Source: Chiloscyllium plagiosum
Taxonomy: Eukaryota
NCBI RefSeq assembly: GCF_004010195.1
Contig: NC_057720.1
Coordinates: forward strand, 8,873,491-8,937,490
Reading direction: 5' to 3'
Length of the DNA stretch: 64,000 nucleotides
Part shown: positions 10,920 to 23,459 of the stretch, one piece after another
How positions within the stretch are numbered: the first letter of the stretch is position 1
Layout: each line of letters opens with the position of its first letter
Translations under genes and position numbers: made by a program
The notes under the pieces: generated by a model
The model's input: only the letters and a program-made list of their open reading frames with translations
What the model was told of the DNA's origin: nothing
The model's database searches: none

Positions 10920-11675
10920 GTGAAGGCCAGGTGGTATAATTACTAGACTAGAAATCCAGGACCCCTAGTAAAATCTGGGGACTTGGGTTTGAATCCTACC
11001 AAGGCAGATGATGGAATATCTGTTTCATAAATATCTGAAATTAGGGGTTTAATAATAACCTTGAATGCATTGTCAATTGTCAGAAAATTAATCTGGTTCA
11101 ATATGCCCCTCAGAGAAAGAGAATGCTATCCTTACCTGAGTTTAGATCAGAGCAGTGCTGGAAAAGCACAGCAGGTCTGGCAGCATCCGAGGAGCAGGAA
11201 AATCGACATTTCAGGCAAAAGTCCTTCATCAGAATAGAGGCAGGAAGCCTCCAGGGTAGAGAGATAAATGGCGGGGTGGGAGGTGGCGGGGAGAAGGTAG
11301 CAAAGAGTTGAAGAGCTTCAGGGCAGAGGAGAAGGCCTGGGGTTTGCAGTAAGAGAGAGACTCACTGAGATTCTTGTGGAGAGAGGAAGAGAACTTCTTC
11401 AAAGTCGGCATCTTTGCAAGGGGATTCGCAGTTCGGATAAAATCAACTATGCAAAGGTGAGGACTGTAGGTGCTGAAAATCAACTAGGCAAAAGTGAGGA
11501 TTGCAGATAAAATCAACTAGACAAAAGTGAGGATTGCCATCCTTCCCTGGTCTGGCCTACATGTGACTCCAGATCCACAGAAATGTGGTTGACTCTTAAC
11601 TCCCATCTGGGCAATTAGGAATGGGCAATAAATGCTGACACAGCCAGTGGTGCCCATATCCTGTGAATACATTAA
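10920..11675 (+). mobile_element. tRNA-headed SINE, second family, split by a PLE insertion at 11139-11534
   Basis: gggtttgaatcc B box; core ctggttca...ccttacctggtctggcctacatgtgactccagatccacag; tail gggcaataaatgctg. Confidence 0.8.
11139..11534 (-). mobile_element. Circularly permuted mini-PLE (tail x3 + ORF start + 3'UTR/hammerhead)
   Basis: Same layout as 46549-46953; TSD tgctatccttacctg/tgccatccttccctg at 11124-11138 and 11535-11549. Confidence 0.75.
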
Positions 11676-11881
11676 AAAATTAAGGTCTTCTATTAATATA
11701 AACTGTTTTGTCATTGGAGAAGGTATAATCTAATTACAGCATTTAAGATGATCAAAGCAATTGAAAGGGAACACGAAGAAGGAAACATTGATCAAGGTAT
11801 TGGACAAATGAGTTTCTTGCATTGCAACCTAAAGAATATTTCAATGGTTTATTTGTATTTCACCTGACAAGCAACACTTCT

Positions 11882-12063
11882 AACTGCGAATGCTGTAAAT
11901 CAAGAGACAAAAATAGAAATTGCTGGAAAAGCTCAGCAAGTCTGGCAGTATCTGTGGAAAGAAATCAGACAGAAATCCAGTGACCTAAAACATTAACTTT
12001 GATTTCTCTCCACAGATGCTGCCAGACCTGCTGAGCTTTTCCAGCAATTTCTGTTTTTGTTTC
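11882..12063. mobile_element. PLE-derived fold-back mini-element, family C
   Basis: agaaattgctggaaaagctcagca...tgctgagcttttccagcaatttct inverted arms. Confidence 0.75.
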
Positions 12064-12919
12064 TAACAATTCAGGCTGTCTCAATACTGTACTGCAGTGT
12101 AAGCTGCAACAATGCTCTCACGTCTTCAAAAGTGGAATCCGAGCCCACAATACTATTTTTCGCATCAGCAGGAGAAAGGTACAGACTTAGACAAGCTGAC
12201 AACTTGTAGCAAGCATGGTGGAGATTTCTGACAGTCTGGAACACAGCAAAGCCTGGGAACAGCAACACTGTGCATTATTTAACGACAGAGGTCCCTTTGA
12301 TAATACAGACATGTCACTTGGAAAATCCTATGGCTAAGGAAACAGGTGAGTGAGATAAAGATCATAAGACAGATAGACATAAAGCAAGTCCATCGTAATT
12401 CAGCCATCCCAAAGCAGTCTACTGTCTGCCCATTAGAGCATACTGCTATTTCTTATAAAGAGCCTGTGGTATTTGCCTGAGCTGCCATGCATTGATCAAT
12501 CAATGCAGATAAAAATCGAGACAGACATAAAACAGGCCACTGTCATCCAGTTTACACCATCACACGGTGCTGGAAATTATTCCCTTTGTATGAAAAACTA
12601 TGACTTAAATTTACCTTTTTCTACTTTGACCACCCTTTGCACTCACTTGTCCAACTGTTGGGGTGTAACTTTATGTCAGGGTGTGTTAGAAGAAAGGATG
12701 AAAATGGTTCAGAGGCTGAAATGCATTCAAATGGATTGTTTCAGGGTAATTGTTTGAAGTCAGACATCAGTCTCCATTTAGTTTACAAGTTTAGTTGTCT
12801 TTCCATGTTAATTGAAAGCTGCAGTCTCCTGTTATGACCACCTAAACCCTAAAGAAGAGTAATTGTTAACCAGAGTCAAAGTTGGTCTGACAGGAACCTG
12901 TGATGTGGCTGCATTTGAT

Positions 12920-13397
12920 TTATAAACTAATGAGGAGTGCAGACAGAGTTAATGGTGGTTGTCTTTTCTCCTGAATGGGGGATTTAAAGACTTGGGTGAG
13001 AGGAGAGGGATTTAAAAAAGACATAAGAGGCAAATTTTTTACACAGAGGGTGGTTTGTTTGTGAGATTAACTTCCTGAGAAAGTACTGGGTGCGGGTACA
13101 TTAACAGCATTTAAATACATGGATGGGAAAGGTTTGGAAGGATATGGGCCAAGGGCCGGGAAATGGTGTTAGCGTACATAGACATTTCATACAGCATGGA
13201 CCACTTTGGGCCAAAGGGTCTGTCTCCTTCTATGACTACTTATAATGTTTAAAAGGCATTTGGATAAGTCACGAATAGGAAAGGTTGGGAGGGATATGGG
13301 CCAGGAGTAGGCAGGTGGGACTAGCTTAGTTTGGGATTGTGGTCGGCACGGACTGGTTGGACCGAAGGATCTGTTTCCGAGCTTATGACTCTATGGC
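12920..13397 (+). mobile_element. CR1 LINE 3' fragments (two 3' ends)
   Basis: FFTQRVV motif and two CR1 3'UTRs ending tatgact. Confidence 0.8.
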
Positions 13398-14010
13398 TTT
13401 ATAAAGAAAGGGAGTGTTTGTAATATATGTATCCGTAGGTATCCATTTTCCCAGTTAGAAAGCAGAGGGAAGAGGAAAAGGGTCTTTAGAGTATAGTCAA
13501 GTTAGCCATACCTGTGCGGGTAACATGATGTCTCATGAAAAAAGCAGGGATTGATGTCTGCTTCATGATGCAGCAAAAATCTTATTGGCCTGTTTATACT
13601 TTGTGCAGCTGTTTTAACTCAGCACCGTAACTTTATCTCTGCAGATATTCAAAGTTTGGAATTCTGAAGCAAATATGAAGTTGAAACCAGGAAGCTGGTA
13701 TTTAACTGAGTTTCTCTCTTCCTTTGAACTCGATTAACATTGAGCAGGTGTTTAAGTTCTAGGACGTGCAGAAATGTAGGCTTGGGTTAATGGGAACACT
13801 CTCATTTTTAAGTCAGCGGATTCTGAGTTCAAACCTCACTCTGCAATAACAGAGGCTTGAATTTGTATTGTGCCCTTATCTGCCTGGAACAGTCCAAGTC
13901 ACTTTTCAAAAGCCAAGCCAAACAAGGAAACCTTCAGAATGATCAAATGGTTGACTTTAAGGAGAACACAATAGTGCAGAAATTTAGGGAGTGTCTACCA
14001 TTGGTTATGA

Positions 14011-14690
14011 TGGGTTGCACAACGATTCAGTGGTTAGCACTGCTATCTCACAGTGCCAGGGATCCAAGTTTGATTCCGGCCTCAGGTGATGGTCAGTATG
14101 GAGTTTGCACATCATCCCCGTGTCTGTGTGGATTGCCTTCGGGTACTCTGGTTTCCTCCAACAATCCAAAGACATACAGTTTAGATTAAATGGCCTGGCT
14201 CAATTGCCCTGTAATCATAGAATCCCTACAGTGTGGAAACAGGCCATTTAGCCCAATAAGTCTACACCGACCCTCTGAAAACCAACCTAGCCAGACCCAT
14301 TCCCCTATTGCATTACTCTACCTTTACCCCTGACTAATGCACCTAACCTACACATCCAAGAACATTATGGGCCAATTCCCCTGACCTGCACATCTTTGGA
14401 TAGTAGGAGGAAACCCACACAGACACGGGGAGAATGTGCAAACTTCACACACACAGTCAGCCGAGGCTGGAATCGAACCCGGGTCCCTGGCACTGTGAGG
14501 CAGCAGTTCTAACCATTGAGTCACCATGCCACTGTAGTGTCCAGGATTGTGCAGGCTAGGTGGGTTAGACATGGGAAATGTGGAATTATGAGGATCGAGT
14601 GTGAAGCTGGGTCTGGGTGGGTGCTTTTCAGAGGGTTAGTGCAGACATGACGGGGTGATGGCCTCTTTCTGCACTGTAGGAGTTCTACGA
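14011..14690 (+). mobile_element. V-SINE with a nested opposite-strand V-SINE at 14212-14531
   Basis: Head/V-domain 14011-14210, tail 14532-14690; inner copy is the reverse complement; ctgta on both sides. Confidence 0.85.
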
Positions 14691-15089
14691 TTTTCCAGTC
14701 TTAAGGTTCCAGAATGGGATGCACCCTTGGAGATGGGACATCTGAAAACCTCTGAGGCACATGCTACATTGGAGATAGTTGAAACCTTTGATGTGCAGTT
14801 GGTTCTTTGGAATAATCTGAAAATGTCCCTGACTCTGAAGGTGAGTCAGAGTCGTCAGATGATTCTTACTTAACATCAATTATTACCTGGGAAAAGTTAG
14901 AGGTGTAAAATCTGTTCTAATCCCTGCCTAATTATTTAGCTGATCCCCTCCGCACCAATCAATCACTCACTCTGACAACCTCCGTGAACTTTAATGACCA
15001 GACTCCTCCTTCCCCACAATAGAGACCAAACCCCCCCCACAAATACATATCAGAATCCTACCCACTCCCCACCAGATAATGGAGACTCA

Positions 15090-15736
15090 TGATGTGGAGG
15101 TGCCGGTATGGGACTGGGGTGGAAAAAGTTAAAAATCACACAACACCAGGTTGTCGTCTAACAGGTTTATTTGAGAGGGTAAAAACAACAGGTTTATTTG
15201 AGAGTACAAACTTTCGGAGCACTGCTCCTTCATCAGGTAACTATGTAGCAGGACCATAAGACCCAGAATTTGTAGCAAAAGATTACAATGTCATGCAATT
15301 GGAACAATATGTTGAACAAACCTAGATTGTGTTATGTCTTTCACCTTTTAGGATGGGTTGGAGGTTTAGGTTCATTAATATGTAAATCCCAGAACTTCTT
15401 TTAAGTCACATTCTCAAGATTATTTAAGGTTTTATAAAAAAAAGGTGACATCTCAGCTCAGACTATGTATTTGGAAATAGAACCAGTCTGACTCAAGAGT
15501 GGATACAGACAGACTCTTACCTCACACTTTTAATGCACCTAAAAGACGAAAGACTTAAGAGCAATCTAGGTTTGTTAAATATATTGTTTCAATTGCATGA
15601 CGCTGTAATCTTTTGTTATAAATTCTGTATCCTACGATCCTGCTCCACCGCTACCTAATGGAGGAGCAGCACTCCAAAAGTTAATACTTCCAAATAAACC
15701 TGTTGGACTATAACCTGATATTCTGTGATATTTAAC
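15090..15736. mobile_element. PLE-derived fold-back element, family B
   Basis: Inverted arms ~15128-15352 and ~15537-15736 with hammerhead motifs near 15208-15238 (-) and 15651-15685 (+); TSD atggagactca/atagagactca. Confidence 0.8.
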
Positions 15737-16029
15737 ATAGAGACTCAATCACTGGAAAATTCTGTACACCTGACCCACTCCCCTCAACACACACCCTACA
15801 GTCAATTGGCCAGACCACTCCCTGGACACATGAAGCACTCCCACTCCCATCTCCTGGTTCAATCTACACTCTCACCCATGTATGTTCATATTACTCCAGA
15901 TGTGGTCTCACTCCAGTTGCAGTCAGACCTTCCTACTGTTATACTTCAAAACCCTTGGAATAAGGACCAACGTTCCAATTATGTTCTAACGTTCCAATAA
16001 ATGCTGGCTAGCCAACGAGGCCTACATCA

Positions 16030-16530
16030 TTGGCTAGGATGTGGACACTTTGGAGAAGGTTTGCCTGGAAGGTGCTAGCTATGAAGAGAGGTTGAGTGGG
16101 TTAGGATTGTTTTCACTAGAAAAAAAGAGATTGATGGGGGGACCTGACTGAGGTCTACAAAATCATAAAGGGTATAGACAGGATGGATCGAGATAAGCTT
16201 TTTCCCAGGGTGAGAGATTCAATAATGAGCGGTCACATGTTCAAGCTGAGAGGTAACAAGTTTAAAGGGGATAGACATGGAAAATACTTTACACAGAGGG
16301 TGGTAGGCGCTTAAAATGCATTGTCAGCAGAGGTAGTAGAGGCAGGCACAGTAGATTCATTTAATGTGCGCCTGGACAGATACATGAGTAAATGGGAAGC
16401 AGAGGGAAACAGATCTTTAGGAATTGGGCAATAGGTTTAGACAGTGGATTTGAATTGGCACAGGCTTGGAGGGCCGAAGGCCTGTTCCTAGGCTATAAAT
16501 TTTCTTTGTTCTTTGTTCTTTGTTCTTTGT
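16030..16530 (+). mobile_element. CR1 LINE 3' fragment with (ttctttg)n tail
   Basis: SYEERL, GDLTEVYKI, FTQRVV motifs. Confidence 0.85.
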
Positions 16531-17169
16531 ATGTCAAAGAACAATGAGTGAATATGTCAAAAAAAAAGCCTTCCTGATTCAGATTCAATGGTACTCCAGC
16601 TTAGCTGAGATTAACTCTATCAGATCCATTACTTTACACTGCACTTAACAAACATGATTAACCAGACATTAACAATTTTTCGTATGATTTGGCTCAGAAA
16701 CAATGAAAATTGGAAGACTCTAGCCTATATTACAGTAGTAATGATATTTTTGAAGCATGTTTTCAGCTGTTAAGTACTGCAGTAGCTCAAGAAGATGGTT
16801 CACCATTATCTTCTGAAGGGCTATTATGAAGTGATTTATAGCTTTTAACTCATAGTTAGAGCTGATTTAGAATTGGAGTATTTCCCTGATATCTACTGCC
16901 CACTGAATTCAATCCAATCTGACAAATGCTTAGTCTCGGGTTTGTTGGACTTACATAACTACCCCACAGGGGAAGAAATTATTCAAGAATGCTAACTTCC
17001 TCCAAACAGGCTGCTTAATTTGAATAAGCCTTAACTATGCTATAAACATCCAAGATAATTTAGGGATGAGGGATTTTTCTCTTTAGCATATTTACTTCTC
17101 CACTTAAGGGGGATACAGAATGTATAAAAGAATTTGTTTTAGTTGCAACAGAACATTTTTAATGAGACA

Positions 17170-17602
17170 ATTTATTAATAGGCTGGAGTTATTTTCTCTG
17201 GAGTGTCATATGCTGAGGGGCCTCTTTATAAAGGTTTATAAAATCATGAGGGACATGGAGAGGGTGAATAGCCAAGGTCTTTTCCTCAGGGTGAGGAGTC
17301 CAAAACTAGAGGGTGTACATTTAAGGTCACAGGGGAAAGACTTAAAAGAATGCTAAAGGGCAACCTTTTCATACATAGGGTGATGCATGCATGGAACGAG
17401 CTGCCAGAGGAAGTGGTGGAGGCTGGTACAATTACAGCATTTAAAAGGCATCTGGATGGGTATGTGAAAAGGAAGGGCTTCGAGGGATAACGGCTGAAAG
17501 CTGGCAAATGGGAGTAGATTAATTTAGGAGATCTGGCCAGCATGGACAAGTTGGACTGGAAGTCTGTTTCCATGCTGTACTTCTCCATGACTCTAAGACT
17601 CT
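17170..17602 (+). mobile_element. CR1 LINE 3' fragment
   Basis: LELFSLE...KVYKIMR...WNELPEEVVEAG and CR1 3'UTR. Confidence 0.88.
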
Positions 17603-17885
17603 TTTGCTTTTATAATTTTATTGATGAAAGTTAACAAGAAATTCATTCTAAGCAGATAAATAAACAGTGATGCATTTTAAAAAAGCACTATCAAAATCTG
17701 TAACATCAAATCTAATAGACACCAGATTGATGTCCTTTATAATTATTCAGGGTTATCTCGGGATTTCTAAGAATAGACTATTTATCAACATTTAAAGTAA
17801 AATTCTATCTTAAAGCCCCAAGCAAGTGACATATTTCTCCCAATGGGTAAAAATATCTTTTGGGAAGTATTATGACAGTATTTTA

Positions 17886-18088
17886 GTTAAAAATCACACA
17901 ACACCAACTTATAGTCCAACAGGTTTATTTGGAAACACTAGCTTTTGGAGCGCAGCTTCTTCAACCACCTGATGAAGGAGTGGTGCTCCCAAAGCTCGTG
18001 CTTCCAAATAAACCTGTTGGACTATAAGTTGGTGTTGTGTGATTTTTTAACTTTGTACACCCCAGTCCAACACTGGCACCTCCAAATC
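17886..18088. mobile_element. PLE-derived fold-back mini-element, family B
   Basis: Near-perfect arms aaaaatcacacaacaccaacttatagtccaacaggtttatttggaa and their reverse complement; hammerhead CACCTGATGAAGGAG... at 17966-18000; TSD atgacagtatttta/atgacaatatttta. Confidence 0.85.
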
Positions 18089-18239
18089 ATGACAATATTT
18101 TAATAACCTTCAGTGAAAAATTCTTATTTTCATAAGGCAAAGATAATAATCTGTGCTTTGCAAATGTAGGTGCTAACTCACATATCTGCATGTGCCCATT
18201 CTTTACACAGTGAAATGGCCCAAGGAGCATGCAGTGAAA

Positions 18240-18320
18240 GTGTCAAGAGTCGAGAGTGTGGTGTTGGAAAAGCACAGCAGGTCAGGCACCATCCGAGGAG
18301 CAGGAGAATCGATGTTAGTC

Positions 18321-18354
<34 letters not shown>
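18240..18354 (-). mobile_element. PLE family A fragment followed by a (GT)n microsatellite at 18323-18354
   Basis: ggaaaagcacagcaggtcaggca...aatcgatgtt, then GT repeats. Confidence 0.7.
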
Positions 18355-18356
<2 letters not shown>

Positions 18357-18509
18357 AATCCCCCCACTTTCACATGTTGTTGGATCACTCAACATCATTA
18401 ACTATTCAGTGAAGATTCCTTTATGAAATTGGGAGCTTTATCAATGTGTGAAGTAGTAAATTTTAACTGGTGTGGGTGCAATGCTGTTGATCTCTATAAT
18501 TCTAACTCA

Positions 18510-18920
18510 GATAAGACCGTAAGATATCAGAGCAGAATTAGCTCATTCAATCCATCAAGTCTACTTCACCATTCGATCATGGCTGATATGTTTCTCAACT
18601 TTGATCTCCTGCCTTATCCCCATAACCCTTGATCCCCTTTCTGATCAAGAACCTCTCTATTTCTGTCTTAAATACGCTCAATGAGTTGGCCTCCACAGCC
18701 TTCTGCAGCAATGAATTCCACAGAGTCACCATTCTTGGGTTGAAGAATTGCCTCCTCCATCCTTTCACTCTGAGGCTGTGCCTTCAGGTCCTACTGTCTC
18801 CTACTGACAGTGAAAACATCTTCTCCACATCCACTCTCAGCATTCTGTAAGTTTCAGTGAGATTCCTCCCCCCCTCCCATCCTTTTAAATTCCATTAAGC
18901 ACAGTCCTCAACTGCTCCTC
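18510..18920 (-). mobile_element. CR1 LINE 3' fragment
   Basis: Reverse complement of the family at 30750-31020. Confidence 0.8.
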
Positions 18921-19195
18921 GAGTGAAGATTTATCTCTCTCTTATTCTCTGAAATCTTAGAATAATCCTTTGTTAAATGTTTATCACTGAAAGAATGTTT
19001 CATTTCTCTTTATTTGATTTAGCTCGCAGTTCTCCCTGCTTTTGACATGAGTGTTGTTTAATCTTCTGCCTAATGATATTCATGTGATAAGGATCATAGA
19101 ATACCAGCTCTTATCTGCTGGATATGTCTGGTTTTACGGTTCCACTCCCTCTCTTGTAGTTAAAATGTTATTTCCATGCCTAAGTGTGATGGTCC

Positions 19196-19420
19196 TGGAT
19201 GGTCCACAGAAGCTGTTATCCCGTCAACCAGTCACACTTTATTTACATATGGAGAGTCCTTGACACTGATCCAGCTCCCTCAGAGCCAGTTCTCAGTGTG
19301 AACAGGATGTCTGACACTCCTGTTTTACCTATTAGCCAGATAAAAACCAGATTAACAGCCCCAAATAAGGAAATCATATTCTATGTGGTCCATCTGGCTG
19401 ACCTCATTACAATCACGACA
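19196..19420 (-). repeat. 3' LTR
   Basis: Shares gacactgatccagctccctcagagccag and gtccatctggctgacct with 22848-23040; begins TGT on the minus strand next to the PPT. Confidence 0.85.
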
Positions 19421-19849
19421 TCCCTCCCTCCCTCTCTGAGTTCAAGGACATAGGTCCTTTTTTGGTCAATCCTGCTGGAGCATTTTAGCACTAGGTCAGG
19501 TTCCTCAAACCCTATCTGGGATATGGATAGCGTGTCATGCACTGTAGCTTGCCTCTTATGCTTGGAACATCTCAGGAGAAATTCATTCCTTCTTCAGGCG
19601 GCAAAGGCATTGAGGTTGTGACATCTACTGTGTCCATCTCATATTCCGAGTTATGATGGAAAGGGAGCGCCTATGGAATCCGGAACAGTCGGAGAGTCCA
19701 TTGAGGAGCCGGGCACATCTTGCTCCCACATTGTTTTGCAAGTTTGCAGCTTTCTTATGTTTCAGATCCTTGTTCAGGTCTGTTGCATCTATCAGGATGT
19801 TATACATCACTAACCCTGGCCTCACAATGACCATGCTTCTTACCCCTGC

Positions 19850-22775
19850 ATGGCCATTCCCATGGTTCCTACACCAACGTCATCTCCCCAATAAACTGTC
19901 TCTCTAGCTTAGAGGAGTCTTGTGTCTGGCCCTGACACTTCTAATGCCATTTTACCCTTCCTCCCTCGGTCTGCAAAGATCAGATTTAACCTGGTACAGA
20001 GTCTTCTCCCCAGTAGCAACTCTGCTGGAGCTATCCTATTAATTGCATGAGGGGGTGATGCTATAATCAAATAGGAACTGGGACAATTTGGTATCTCGTG
20101 AAGCTGTAGGCTGTTTCTTTAAACCTGCCTTCAATGTTTGGACTGCCCTTTCTCCCAGACCATTGGATGATGGGTGGTATGGAGCTGTACTTATATGTCA
20201 AATATCATTGGACTTGAGGAAATATTCAAATTCCCTGCTGGTAAACGATGACCTCTTATCTGTGATGAACACTTCTGGGAGGCCATGCATTGCAAAAGCT
20301 GCATGCATTTGTCTATTGTCATCTTCATCTTTGATGAATTAACTCTGCACAACCAGCCTCTCTGAGAGGGCGTCCACAAGAATTCAGAGCACTGAACCTA
20401 TGAAAGGACCTGCTTGTCAATGTAACCCTTTCCAGGGTTTCTCTGGTCTGTCCCATGAATGTGGGGGAGTGGCTGGCGGTAACTGTTGGCACTCTGGGCA
20501 CTGCCCCGTCAATGCAGCTATGTCCGCATCCAATCCCGATGACCAGACATAACTTCTCGCCAAGATCTTCATTTTGGAAACCCCAGAATGACCCTGGTGG
20601 AGGTCAGCTAGTATCCCACAGCACTGGGAACCGGGGCACATATGTTTGCCCTCACTTTATCTTTCAGTGGATGTAACCCGTTCTGTCAACTCTGTAGCCA
20701 AATTGGTCACTAGGGGTGCCTGGAACACACATTTTTCCCTTCTAAGCATATGCCAGCATGGAAGAAATGTCTAAGGACTATGTCCAAGTTCTCCAAGTGC
20801 CCCTTACTGTTCTTCCCTGCTATTAGCATATCATCTCGATAAATGGTGACTTGGGATAGACCTTGTAAAATATTCTCCATCATCCGATGTAAAATTGCAT
20901 AGGCTGATGATATCCCAAATGGCAATCTCAAGTATTGGTACAGACCCCTACGGGTATTAATTGTAGCATACTTCTAGGAATCTGCACCTAACCACAATCG
21001 CAGGTACGCATGGCTCATGTCCGGTTTCGTGACTTTGTGTAAACATCCTCTGTCAGAGAAATTGGGTATTTATCAGCAGTGAGAAATGGTTTATTGTTTG
21101 TTTAAAATTCCCACAAAAGTGAACTGACCTATCAGGCGTCACAATCTGTACGCCTGTTGCTGCCCATTACACAAACTGGACTGGGTTTGATCATTCCCTT
21201 TGCTTTCCCTCCTTCTGATCCCTGCCTCTACTTTTGCCTGTGAAGCAAATGGGCGGGCCTTGCAGAATCGTGGGATTGATTCCGGGTCAACATTCCAAGT
21301 GGTCTTGACTCCTTTGATTGTCCCTAGATTTTTCTGGAAAACACCCGGGTATTTAATTCAGACCACATTCACGCAGCCATTTTCTAATCAAAATATGTTG
21401 AGTCAATCAAGGTGAATCTTTCCCAACCTATGTCGCTCCATCAAGATTGGGCCCAAGCCTTTTACTACAATTATTGGTAGCTGAACCAGCTGCTTCTCAT
21501 AAGAGATCGGAATCAAAGTCATACCCTTAATCTGCAAAGGTTCCCCGGTACAGTTTCTCAGTCTAGCCGAGGTCTTGCATGGACCTGAAGGGTTGGAGTC
21601 CAGAGTGAATTTTGTTAGACTGGTTTTGCAGTCACTGAAAAGGCCATGCTGGTATTGACCTCCATTAGAAAAGGGTGACCATTTATCCAGACATTTTATT
21701 TTGATTGGTTCTGATTTGGATGATGCTATGATTTGGAGGAGCCGGTGTTGGACTGGGCGGACCAAGTTAAAAATCACATAACCACGAGGTTACAGTCTAA
21801 CAGGTTTATTTGGAAGCACTAGCTTTCAAAAACTAATGCTTCCTAATAAACCTGTTGGACTATAACCTGGAGTTGTGTGATTTTTAATTTTGGATGATGC
21901 TAAGCAATTTAACAGCTCCAAAGCAGACAATAAGCTAATCATATTCTTCTACTCTGGGTGGATTTTCCAGGGTGTGCACTGTCCTGAATACTGCCTGATG
22001 AGTTCTCTTACACAGCTTGTGTCTCATCAGACTCCTTTGCTGTCTTGGTCCGCTTACTAGCAGCAATTGCAGTGGCTTACCAGCCCATTCCTTGAAGAAA
22101 ATTTTTTTAATGTTTGGCCAAGGCTTGGTTTTGTTTTGGGGTTTTGTTGTGGGCTGACCTAGAATCCCTCTGTTCAGGATATGTCCTGAGTGAGGTTATG
22201 CAATTGCCTTCACTCAAGTGGAATTCCCCAAGCTCAGTCAGCCTTGGGAGGGTGTCCATTTCCATTGGAATGCCCTGCACCTTATATGAGTCTCTTGCCA
22301 CATTCTCCAATGATAAAACCAGTTGTAGTGACTGTTTGAAGTCCAGTTTGGCTTCAGCTGGTAGGCACTTTTACATCATTAATCCCACTAACCAAATGGT
22401 CTCTCAGCATCTCATTAAGGGTTAAACCAAAGTCAATCATCTTAACGTAGTCAAACATCCTGTTACAGATTCCCCGGTTCTTGTATTGCCAAATAAAACC
22501 GATAGCATTTCAGAATGAAAGGATACTTGGGGGTCATAACATTCCTTAACTAAATTCATCAACTCTTGAAAGGTTTTAGTATATGGTGCCTCTGGGAAAG
22601 TTAGGCTCCTAATAGCTGAAAAAGCTGTGGGTTCACGTGCTGTCAGGAGAATTCTTCATCGCTTTTCACCTGTCCCAATATCATCTGTCTGGAAAAATAT
22701 ATTGCATTCCTTCCACACACTGCGATGGCAGGATTGGATGAGTCAAACTTCCCAAGTAATGGTATGATGTCAGAA
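19850..22775 (-). pseudogene. gag-pol remnant (frameshifts, stops, RNase H apparently missing)
   Basis: gag RILLTAREPTAFSAIRSLTFPEAP; protease MEVNTS; RT RLPFGISSA...IYRDDMLIAG; IN zinc finger LHQGHSG...ARSYVW...CPECQ; IN core STAPYHPSSNGLGERAVQTL. Confidence 0.88.
21729..21888. mobile_element. PLE-derived fold-back mini-element, family B, nested in the LTR element
   Basis: Inverted arms; perfect 14-bp TSD tttggatgatgcta at 21715-21728 and 21889-21902. Confidence 0.85.
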
Positions 22776-22847
22776 ATACTTACCCTAACTCAAAGACTAC
22801 TGTTGCAAGCTAATTCCTTCAAGACCGTGTTTTTCTCTCGTCACCAG

Positions 22848-23040
22848 TGAAATAACTCCAGAGGCCAGTATCCCGTCACCACGTCCCCGCGACACTGATC
22901 CAGCTCCCTCAGAGCCAGCTCTCAGAGTGAATAGAACCTCTGACTATTCTGTTTATATCTGATTTGACAGGTTAACAGCCCCAATCAGGGAACATATATT
23001 CTATGATGTCCATCTGGCTGACCTTGATACAATTGCTACA
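22848..23040 (-). repeat. 5' LTR
   Basis: TG...CA termini, PBS adjacent. Confidence 0.85.
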
Positions 23041-23459
23041 GTGCTACATCTTGTTCCATGCATTCTTTTGTGTGATTAATCTGTTGTTTATGCTTTTAGT
23101 TTTGTCTGTGCTGAGTACGCATCTATCAACTTAATTAATAGCAGGCGTGTGTCATTTCCATGTCCCTTACGGCTATGTCCTGATTTTAAAATAACCTTTC
23201 CAGTTTTTCTTCCTAACTGAGAAGGAATCTTTAATCATTAACTCGTTGTTCAACATACATCGTTAAATAGTGGTTAATATCTATGTTCATGCTACTTAAT
23301 TAGTTATACTTATTTCGCAATCATATTTGGAACCAGACACCATCCAAATTGGAGAAGGGCACTGCATTCTGAATAACCAATGATGCTGATATCTCAAAAT
23401 GAATAAGAAAAAAACTTGAAGATGACCCAATATCAGGGAATGCAATAGTTAAAATGCAA

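Larger units (their letters stand above)
19196..23040 (-). mobile_element. Decayed Gypsy/Ty3 LTR retrotransposon (Mag-like)
   Basis: Two LTRs; PBS TGGTGACGAG (22837-22846, -); PPT (19421-19436, -); gag, protease, RT and integrase remnants. Confidence 0.9.

Noticed and set aside
17886..18088. DNA-transposon MITE or pre-miRNA
   Set aside because: The arms are asymmetric PLE 3' ends with long variable TSDs and also occur singly, so a retro origin explains them better
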